From positions 1-62,313 of the forward strand of contig JAHILZ010000061.1 of assembly GCA_018896765.1 (NCBI GenBank): 62,313 bases of DNA, in the 5' to 3' direction. The notes below the pieces were generated by a model that was not told the origin of the DNA, did not search any database, and worked only from the letters and a program-made list of their open reading frames with translations. The position numbers were made by a program, and so were the translations under genes. Below are positions 55,410-62,313 of the stretch, one piece after another. Each line of letters begins with the position of its first letter. The first letter of the stretch is position 1. Source of the stretch: Patescibacteria group bacterium (GTDB lineage Bacteria > Patescibacteriota > Minisyncoccia > JAHIHE01).

Positions 55410-56696
55410 TTATAATTCCTTTAAAAATTTTGCTAAGAAGAAAAAAGGCGTAAAAATAATTTCTCCATCGGCAATTTTTATTCGCTTGGCCAAATTAATA
55501 TTGACGACAATCGCTTTCTTGCAATGATATTGATTGATAAAACTTTTAATGCCGGAGGGAATAGAGTCTTTTTCCGCCTTAAATTTTTGAAACTTAACTT
55601 CTATCGGATAAATAATATTGTTTTTCTGAAAAATAAAATCCACTTCGCTTTGCATCTTGGTGCGCCAAAATTTCAAATCCCAAAGGAGCAAGTTTAATTT
55701 TGAAATTTCATTGGCGGTAAAATTTTCCAGCAAAATCCCGTTATCTTCCCTTTTTGCCAAATTATTAAAATTATTTATCGCCAAATTTCTCAGCCCCGTA
55801 TCTTCAAAATATACTTTCGGCATTTTGGTGATTTCTTTAAGCTTATTGGAGAAAAACGGATTTACATTCCGTATAACAAAAGTTTCATTCAGTAAAAACA
55901 AATATTTTTCTATTTCTCCTCTGGAAAATCCGGTTTGAACGGCGATTTTATTAATATTCAGCAATCTTCCGTTATTAACCGCCAAAATTTCTATCAATTT
56001 ATTGTAAGAAAAAAGATTGTCCGATTTTATAATTCCTTTAATATCTTTTTTGATATAGGATTCGTAAACTTCCTTGAGCCGAATAATTTTTTCCTCGTAA
56101 GTATTCTGAAGCGCTACGCGCGGATAACCGCCGAATATTAAAAACTCTTCCAATAGTTTTAAAAAAATATCCGTTTCCGTTTCGCCTAAATTTATTTCCG
56201 GTGTCCAATTTTTTATATAATTCAAGTATTTTTCTTCTCTTTTGAACTCCAAAAATTCTTCAAAACTCAAAGGATGAATTTTATAAACTATTTTTCTTCC
56301 TGTTAAAGTTTCTTTTAAAGATTTATAAATTTCCGCGCTTGACGATCCTGAAGCAAAAATTTTTAAATTCGGGTAATGATCGGATAAATTTTTCATTATT
56401 GCCGTAGCGCTTGGCGAGTGCTGAAATTCGTCAATAAAAACAACTGCCCGATTTTTAAGATCTATGCCGCTTATTTTTAGAAAACTTAAAAAATTTGCCA
56501 ATGTGCTGAAACTTTCCAAATTTTCCGCCAGATCCAAATCCAAAAAAATAGTTTTTTCATTTCTTTTTTTAACTTCTTCTTCAAGCATTCGCAATAAAAC
56601 CGTCTTGCCGACCTGCCTTGAACCGGTTAAAACCACTATTTCTTTACTATTTAACTCACTAATTAATTTTGGATAAATTTGTCGAGAATAATACAT
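55410..56696 (-). CDS. AAA ATPase with DUF4143 (AAA_14 family)
   Basis: 428 aa. VLTGSRQVGKTVLL Walker A, VFIDEFQ Walker B and a C-terminal DUF4143-like region (EVDFIF...PIEVK). Confidence 0.8.
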   Translation of the reverse strand: MYYSRQIYPKLISELNSKEIVVLTGSRQVGKTVLLRMLEEEVKKRNEKTIFLDLDLAENLESFSTLANFLSFLKISGIDLKNRAVVFIDEFQHSPSATAIMKNLSDHYPNLKIFASGSSSAEIYKSLKETLTGRKIVYKIHPLSFEEFLEFKREEKYLNYIKNWTPEINLGETETDIFLKLLEEFLIFGGYPRVALQNTYEEKIIRLKEVYESYIKKDIKGIIKSDNLFSYNKLIEILAVNNGRLLNINKIAVQTGFSRGEIEKYLFLLNETFVIRNVNPFFSNKLKEITKMPKVYFEDTGLRNLAINNFNNLAKREDNGILLENFTANEISKLNLLLWDLKFWRTKMQSEVDFIFQKNNIIYPIEVKFQKFKAEKDSIPSGIKSFINQYHCKKAIVVNINLAKRIKIADGEIIFTPFFFLAKFLKEL

Positions 56697-56820
56697 ATTT
56701 TCTTTTTTTATAATTTTATACTTACTATTTTATCATACTTATATAAAAAAGTAAATACTTTATTGCTATATTTATCAAAAACGCCTTTTAAAGCTATAGA
56801 ACCATACATTTTGTATTACC

Positions 56821-57062
56821 ATAAGTATCTTTAGTTGCGCTCAAAATTTCCTTGCCTCTTTGGGCGGAAACTTCCAATGTTTTCATATCTTTGCCGAGTT
56901 TTACTAATAATTTTAGCATAAATAAAAATAACTTACTTGGCAATTAAAATTAATCTTGCCGCCGCCAACCCCGATGGTTTGGGTTTTTGTTCCGGAAACA
57001 TAAATTTTGCTTCACTATGATAATTCATATTATCATAGTGAATAGTTTAATAATTATAAAAT
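56821..57062 (-). pseudogene. Internally deleted second copy of the module at 52444-54130
   Basis: 56979-57062 matches 54047-54130 (upstream region plus the first codons, MFPEQKPKP...). 56821-56950 matches 52621-52750 (5' end of the 91-aa ORF, truncated as MLKLLVKLGKDMKTLEVSAQRGKEILSATKDTYGNTKCMVL). Confidence 0.6.
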
Positions 57063-57159
57063 TGGTTTTTAAAAAACTTAATTTGCTTTGCCTATTTTGT
57101 TATTTCCCAAAAAAATGCTAAAATACATTCAATATCTTAATTTTACTCTAAATCACTAA

Positions 57160-57609
57160 ATGCTTCAACTCAAATATATGGATTTCTATTTTATCATCCC
57201 CCTTTTCGCGGTTATTAGCGCGCAGATTATAAAAGTCGCCCTAATGAGCTTAAAAACCGGCGCTTTTAACCCCTCTTACTTTTTAAAGCATGGCCGCATG
57301 CCTTCGGCGCATACCGCGCTGGTCACTTCTCTGGCAACAGTCGCATATTATTACGAAGGCTTTGGTTCTATGGCTTTTGCCATCAGCGTCACACTGGCTT
57401 TTGTTGTAATAGATGACGCGGTACGTTTCCGCTTTTATTTGGGACAACAGGCAAAAACCGTCAATCGCTTAATTAAAGATGTTCTTCCTCCGGAAAAAGC
57501 GGCCAAATATCATCGCCTTCACGAAACATTGGGACATTACCCCAAAGAAGCCTTGGCCGGAGCGATCTATGGAGTGGGAGTATCATTTTTACTTTTAAAA
57601 ATTTTATAA
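57160..57609 (+). CDS. Divergent PAP2 (DUF212) family membrane protein
   Basis: 149 aa. GRMPSAHTALVTSLA and VIDDAVRFR motifs. An alternative start is at 57178. Confidence 0.7.
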   Translation: MLQLKYMDFYFIIPLFAVISAQIIKVALMSLKTGAFNPSYFLKHGRMPSAHTALVTSLATVAYYYEGFGSMAFAISVTLAFVVIDDAVRFRFYLGQQAKTVNRLIKDVLPPEKAAKYHRLHETLGHYPKEALAGAIYGVGVSFLLLKIL

Positions 57610-57711
57610 AATCCTGCTTTACGAAAAAGTTTTCAGCTACGCTATGTGCAAAAAATCTAAAAATATGCAATAATTTTAAATTCACACCATAAATTATCCC
57701 GATAATAAAAT

Positions 57712-59325
57712 ATGATCATTGAACAGGTGAAAGAAAATATGCCACAAGAGAAAATGGAAAATTTTAAATTCCCTCCTGAGAATAATGCGGGTGATTTAAA
57801 CGAGCAAGAAATAGAACAAGCGAAGCTTTATATCGCGAAAAGAAAAAACAACGAATCTGTGGAAAACAGGCCTTTTGTCGCAGAAGATATTAGACAGCTA
57901 TCTTCAAAATATTTAAGCGGCGAAAAAAGAATTAAAGATTTTGGTGATTTTCTTGCTGTAAAAACTGATCCAAAAAATAAATATAGCAGAAGAAATTTTC
58001 TAAAAATAGCCGGAGCCGCCATTGGTGTAGCCACTGGTATCATGACCTATAAATATCTTAAAGAAAATTTTGATGCTTTATGGGCAGAATTTCAGGAAAC
58101 AACGGAAAATAATTATGAAACTGTTTACTCAAAGGAAATGACTAACCTTTATAAAGAACTTGAAAAATTTCCAGAAGAAAAAATAGATTATGAAAAAGTA
58201 AATAAAAATCTAAATGGTATTAATATAGAATTTAAACATGCTGAATTTATAAAAAATAGCGACAAAAAAGAGGTCGATGAAATGATTGATAGTATGATTG
58301 CAAGTAAAAATGATATTATATTATTCGGAGAATACCATGGTGTTGACAGTAATGCCGTTGATGCTGTGCAAGTGCTCGAAAAATTGATGAAAAAAACTGA
58401 TAAAAAAATTTCTAAAATTGGTTTGGAATTTTTGGATTTTAAAGATCCTGTAAGCGTTGACTTAATAGAAAAATTTAATAATAAACAAATTTCTTCCGAA
58501 GATTTTTATTCTCAAGGTTATTTTCAAAGCGACATAAGACCGCTTTTGGAATTTGCGCAGAAAAATAATATACCCGTAGAAGGGCTTGAAAATAAAAATA
58601 ATCTTAGTGACGATTTGAGTTTAGAAGAAAAGGCTGCAAAAAGGGCCGTTGATATGAATCTCAAGGCAGGATCTATGGCGCAAGAAAAGGATAGTAATGA
58701 CATTTTAATTATTTTTTCAGGCGTGGCTCATTCTTCCAAAAGCGGCTATGGAGAAAAAAAAGGGAGAAATTATCTACCTCCGGTACAAACAGTTGAATAT
58801 ACTACGCAAGGAACAGCCGACGAAGCAGTGGAAAAGAATTATCTTTTCAAAGAATCTCTTGAAAAGCAGAAATTTAAACCTGCTGTTATAAAGCTAGAAA
58901 ATATGAATCATCAAGCGCGAGCCAACAATAATCTTTTTGGATATACATATAATTTTCTTAAAGATGAAGATGCGCAAAAATTTAGCGAACAATGGAAGCA
59001 AGAGTGGCAAAATTATAAAATCGATAGAAAAAAACCATTTTCAATAAATTCAAATGATGAAAAAAATTCTTTCTTGCTTGTTAATCCTTCTGAAATTCCA
59101 AATACGCCTCCGGCTCTTAATGTATTTGAGGAAATAAGAAAAAAATTTAATCCCTTATATAAAATGATTCGCAAAAAAGACTATGTAAGCTATTCGCCTC
59201 CGCCTAACAAATATGAGATGAGTTTGCTTGCCCAAACAGGAGCCAGTCTGTCGGCAAAACTAGCAGACATAAACCTGAAAAGTGGAAATCCTGAAAAAAT
59301 GTATTTGCCGGAACAAATAAAATAA
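57712..59325 (+). CDS. Membrane protein with extracellular ChaN/Tiki-like domain (tentative)
   Basis: 537 aa. Internal SRRNFLKIAGAAIGVATG segment near residue 95. ILFGEYHGVDSNAVDAVQVL resembles the ChaN/haem-uptake GE.H motif. Confidence 0.35.
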   Translation: MIIEQVKENMPQEKMENFKFPPENNAGDLNEQEIEQAKLYIAKRKNNESVENRPFVAEDIRQLSSKYLSGEKRIKDFGDFLAVKTDPKNKYSRRNFLKIAGAAIGVATGIMTYKYLKENFDALWAEFQETTENNYETVYSKEMTNLYKELEKFPEEKIDYEKVNKNLNGINIEFKHAEFIKNSDKKEVDEMIDSMIASKNDIILFGEYHGVDSNAVDAVQVLEKLMKKTDKKISKIGLEFLDFKDPVSVDLIEKFNNKQISSEDFYSQGYFQSDIRPLLEFAQKNNIPVEGLENKNNLSDDLSLEEKAAKRAVDMNLKAGSMAQEKDSNDILIIFSGVAHSSKSGYGEKKGRNYLPPVQTVEYTTQGTADEAVEKNYLFKESLEKQKFKPAVIKLENMNHQARANNNLFGYTYNFLKDEDAQKFSEQWKQEWQNYKIDRKKPFSINSNDEKNSFLLVNPSEIPNTPPALNVFEEIRKKFNPLYKMIRKKDYVSYSPPPNKYEMSLLAQTGASLSAKLADINLKSGNPEKMYLPEQIK

Positions 59326-59369
59326 ATATCACCCTGAAAAGCGATATTTATTTTATTTGAAAATCTTTT

Positions 59370-59942
59370 TTATTTTTTCTTCCCCAAATTCTTCAGCGCC
59401 AGCCGGACTTTTTCAGCAGGATCGACTATATCATCAGGAACTTTTTCCAGCGCCCCAAAAGCATGCGCGCGGCTGTAGCCCAAACTCATCAGGGCTTCCA
59501 AAGCATCTGACAGGCCTTCCGTTTCGCGCGTCACTTCGCCAAAAATTTTCATTTTGGAAGATAGTTCCAAAATCACTCTTTCGGCGGTTTTTTTGCCCAC
59601 GCCGGAAACTTTTGTCAAAAGAGAAATATCACTCTTGGCAATAGCGGACTTAATCGAATCAACCGTGGCCATATTCAAAATTCCCATTGCCGATTTCGGC
59701 CCGATGCCGGTAACCGAAAAAAGCATCTCAAACATCTGCTGATCTTGGCGAGCCGCAAACCCATAAAGCCGCGCGTCGTCTTCGCGGACATAATGATAAG
59801 TGAAAAATTCCGCCATATCGCCCGCGTTCAAACCAGCCACATCCCGCTCAATCGTAAAAATTTTATAACCAATATCGCTGGTCACCACTATCACAAAACC
59901 CTCTTCCTTTACTTTAATTGTGCCTTTTATATAAGAAATCAT
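59370..59942 (-). CDS. ruvA: Holliday junction DNA helicase subunit RuvA
   Basis: About 190 aa from MISYIKG. GYKIF..., LYGF, two HhH motifs (GIGPKSAMGIL, VSGVGKKTAERVILEL). Confidence 0.9.
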   Translation of the reverse strand: MISYIKGTIKVKEEGFVIVVTSDIGYKIFTIERDVAGLNAGDMAEFFTYHYVREDDARLYGFAARQDQQMFEMLFSVTGIGPKSAMGILNMATVDSIKSAIAKSDISLLTKVSGVGKKTAERVILELSSKMKIFGEVTRETEGLSDALEALMSLGYSRAHAFGALEKVPDDIVDPAEKVRLALKNLGKKK

Positions 59943-60005
59943 AAAAAAAATTAAAATGTAAATATCAAAAATCAAAATGACAGATTAAAATTATAAAATA
60001 TTACT

Positions 60006-60127
60006 AATAATTTTTAATTTCGAATTCTGAATTTCGAATCAAACTCGAATTCTTTAATTTTTAAACATTAAATCATTCAAAATTCACTCAAAATTCAAAA
60101 TTGGAAATTGGAAATTCAAAATTTTAA
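60006..60127 (-). repeat. AT-rich leader repeat (family A), well-conserved copy
   Basis: Matches 35425-35538, with one extra GGAAATT unit. It lies about 60 nt upstream of the ruvA ATG. Confidence 0.7.
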
Positions 60128-60191
60128 GATTTTGCGTTGTCATTTTCCATTTTGATTTTTCAATTTTACATTACCTATATTCTACCTCCCC

Positions 60192-60220
60192 TTGACCAAT
60201 TCCGCAACTTATGGTACATT
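60192..60220 (+). promoter_or_regulatory. Promoter-like element upstream of rpsT
   Basis: TTGACC, 17-nt spacer, TACATT. The spacer shares TCCGCAACTT with the promoter at 22359. Confidence 0.4.
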
Positions 60221-60376
60221 TTCTCTATCGTTTAAATCATATTAGCATTTTAGCATTTAACATATAAACATATAAACATCCGCCAATAATTCTAAATCTT
60301 AATACTATTTCTTGAGCGATTTAATATATTTCGGAAACGGTAATAAATAAATTAGACAGATCAAGGATTAAGGCGG

Positions 60377-60408
60377 TGTTAAAATGTTAAAATGTTAAAA
60401 TGTTAAAA
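60377..60408. repeat. Microsatellite (TGTTAAAA) x4 abutting the rpsT start
   Basis: Four perfect 8-bp units ending 7 nt before the ATG at 60416. Confidence 0.85.
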
Positions 60409-60415
60409 TGAATTC

Positions 60416-60700
60416 ATGCCAATCATTAAATCAGCAAAAAAAGCTTTAAGACAAAATATCGCGCGGCGAGCCAGAAACGCAAAAGTAAAAAATAAAGTCA
60501 GGGCTTTAATAAAAAACCTTACCAAGCTTGTTGCCGCTAAGAACGCGGAAGAAATCAAAAAAACTTTGATTTTAGCTGTTAAAGCTATCGACAAAGCCGC
60601 CAAGAATCATATTATCCCCAAAAACACCGCCTCAAGAAAAAAATCATTTTTAGCCAAACTCGCGAATTCCGGCTTAGAACAACCTACCAAAAAGGACTAG
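60416..60700 (+). CDS. rpsT: 30S ribosomal protein S20
   Basis: 94 aa. MPIIKSAKKALRQ...RNAKVKNKVR... is typical of S20. Confidence 0.9.
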   Translation: MPIIKSAKKALRQNIARRARNAKVKNKVRALIKNLTKLVAAKNAEEIKKTLILAVKAIDKAAKNHIIPKNTASRKKSFLAKLANSGLEQPTKKD

Positions 60701-61704
60701 GATAAATTTCCAATTTCAATGATCAGTAATTCTAGGGCCGCCTCGGCATTGAGGCGCCCTTTTTTAATCAGAAAATCAAACTTAAAAAATCTCTTATGCA
60801 CTTTTTTCAAATATTCATAGCTAAACCCGTTCGCTTGCGCGATTGTTTTACTAACCACATATGGATTAAGCTTGGTTTCTTCCGCTATTACTCCCGTATT
60901 AGCGGTCTTTTTCCGCGCCATCGCGTCTTTGACTTTCAAGAGATTTCGAAATTGATAAACAAACATCGTAAATAAATAAATCGGCGCTTCGCCTTTTTCC
61001 AGATGCCCGGCCAAAAGTTTTAAGGCCGTTTTTTTATCGCGCCTTGCCAAAGCATCAATGGTCGAAAAAATATTGCCGGGCAAGTCGCTTTTTACCAGCT
61101 CTTCGACATCTTGTTCGTTGATTTCCGCGCCGCCTTCCTTTTTCTTCTCCCCGCTAAAATCCATTTTCAGCAAAACCAGTTTTTCAATTTCCGCGTTCAG
61201 CCGCCAAAGATCGCCGCCGACAAAAAGCGCCAGCTTGCTCGCGGCATCGCGCGTTATTTTATTTTTTTCCTTCCCGACCTTGGCAATAATCCATTTATCG
61301 ATCTCAAGCGGCGCCATCGGCGCGAAATTAAATAAATTTCCTTTTTTTACAAGCGCGCTCCATTCTTTTCCGCCGGCAGCGCCTTTTTTCCCGATCTCTT
61401 TTCCCTCAAAAAATACAAAATCCACTTCCCGCTTTTTCTTATCCATATCAATGACATAATCCGATACTTCTTCCTTTGTCTTGATATCGCCCTCGCTGAA
61501 CAAATTTTTCATCACCATCATTCTCGCCGCTGAAAAAAAACCCAGCGACTGACTTGCGGCTTTAATTTTGTTCGCATTTATATTTTCCGCGTCAAAAATT
61601 TCCAGATTCATCCGGCCCTTATCCTTTTTTTCAAATTCGGCGATCAGCTCGTTTAATTTTTCGCGGCTGCGGAAGCTATCCGCGCCGTGGATTAGATAGA
61701 TCAT
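60697..61704 (-). CDS. holA: DNA polymerase III delta subunit
   Basis: About 335 aa from MIYLIHGADSF. It has a delta-subunit N-terminal pattern and length. The stop overlaps the rpsT stop in a shared CTAG. Confidence 0.7.
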   Translation of the reverse strand: MIYLIHGADSFRSREKLNELIAEFEKKDKGRMNLEIFDAENINANKIKAASQSLGFFSAARMMVMKNLFSEGDIKTKEEVSDYVIDMDKKKREVDFVFFEGKEIGKKGAAGGKEWSALVKKGNLFNFAPMAPLEIDKWIIAKVGKEKNKITRDAASKLALFVGGDLWRLNAEIEKLVLLKMDFSGEKKKEGGAEINEQDVEELVKSDLPGNIFSTIDALARRDKKTALKLLAGHLEKGEAPIYLFTMFVYQFRNLLKVKDAMARKKTANTGVIAEETKLNPYVVSKTIAQANGFSYEYLKKVHKRFFKFDFLIKKGRLNAEAALELLIIEIGNLS

Positions 61705-61880
61705 AAAAATGATTATTTTATTCAAACAATTTACCCTTAACTTTTGCCTCCGTTACTTTCGCCAACTGGCAGATATCATCAGATATCATCAATCGATGCT
61801 CCGTTTTTCCGCAATCCGTAAAAATGATTTTCTCCTAATAAAATAATTGCCAATATTCAATATTTTTCTGTTCATAATTT

Positions 61881-62313
61881 TTACCTTTTAATTGTTAATA
61901 TCCTTGAGCCGTAAGCAGGCACAGTTATTTTAAAATTATCAGAATCGCTGACAGTAAAAATTTCTCCATTCATTTCATCTTTCAGCCGCGTTCCATTTGG
62001 AAACGGAATATCCAAAATGCTTTCGACTTGTTTTCCGTTGAAATTAATTACAACGATGACAGTTTCGTTTTCATAAGTCCTTGAATAAGCGTAAACATTA
62101 TCCCCGCCTTTCCAGACATTTTTGATGTCGCCGTATTTTAGAGCGTTGTTGGAATTGCGGATGGAAAATACCTTTTTATAAAACTGCCGTATATCTGAAT
62201 TGGTGTCATAGTTAGATAAATCAAAAACCTGTTTTTTTACGCTTCCTGTTTCCTGCCCCGCAAATATCATTGGCACTCCCGGAATTGTGGATATCATAGC
62301 CAGCAAAGCCTTA
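61881..62313 (-). CDS. Alpha-amylase family (GH13) protein, C-terminal part; 5' end beyond the window
   Basis: The frame stays open to the window edge. MISTIPGVPMIFAGQETG resembles GH13 conserved region VII, followed by a C-terminal beta-sandwich. Confidence 0.55.
   Translation of the reverse strand, partial: KALLAMISTIPGVPMIFAGQETGSVKKQVFDLSNYDTNSDIRQFYKKVFSIRNSNNALKYGDIKNVWKGGDNVYAYSRTYENETVIVVINFNGKQVESILDIPFPNGTRLKDEMNGEIFTVSDSDNFKITVPAYGSRILTIKR

Noticed and set aside
60697-60700. rpsT and holA stop codons overlap in a shared CTAG
   Set aside because: This is an ordinary convergent 4-nt overlap in a compact genome, with no evidence of function.

Overview
AT-rich, gene-dense 62.3-kb chromosomal segment. 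The short, divergent housekeeping proteins and many small membrane or secreted hypotheticals suggest a Candidate Phyla Radiation (Parcubacteria-like) bacterium; that assignment is inference only. Long housekeeping ORFs are intact under the standard code. Housekeeping genes present: groES-groEL, uvrA, tspO, secG, a family-5 solute-binding protein, RNase J, trpS, a sugar-nucleotide trio (phosphohexomutase, HAD, NTP-transferase), mazG, ychF, rpsF-ssb-rpsR, recA, rodZ-like, ftsK, pyrI, rpoB, rpoC, ruvA, rpsT and holA. There are two tRNAs: Leu-CAG and an atypical Cys-GCA. I found no rRNA, CRISPR array, integrase or transposase. Accessory content sits in patches. (1) 2.7-7.5 kb holds a decayed Type III R-M locus with DUF3800 and NYN genes inserted. 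(2) 19.9-22.3 kb holds a Cys-codon-rich mini-ORF with alternative hairpins, followed by an atypical tRNA-Cys, a PvcA/Dit1-like gene and a URO-D-like gene. (3) 39.4-41.3 kb holds an ATPase plus RloB (AbiL/OLD-like) pair just downstream of rpoC. (4) A 3.9-kb accessory block separates rpoB from rpoC; it carries ORF6N and Bro-N genes, a GIY-YIG gene bracketed by inverted hairpin units, and two paralogous membrane-anchored proteins. (5) 52.4-57.1 kb is a duplicated, partly deleted module flanking HTH-nucleotidyltransferase, NUDIX and AAA/DUF4143 genes. Several intergenic repeat families recur: AT-rich leader repeats, an intercistronic inverted-repeat element, GTCATT-hairpin units and a 40-bp palindrome. 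All calls come from reading the sequence and recalling protein-family motifs; no searches or folding calculations were run.
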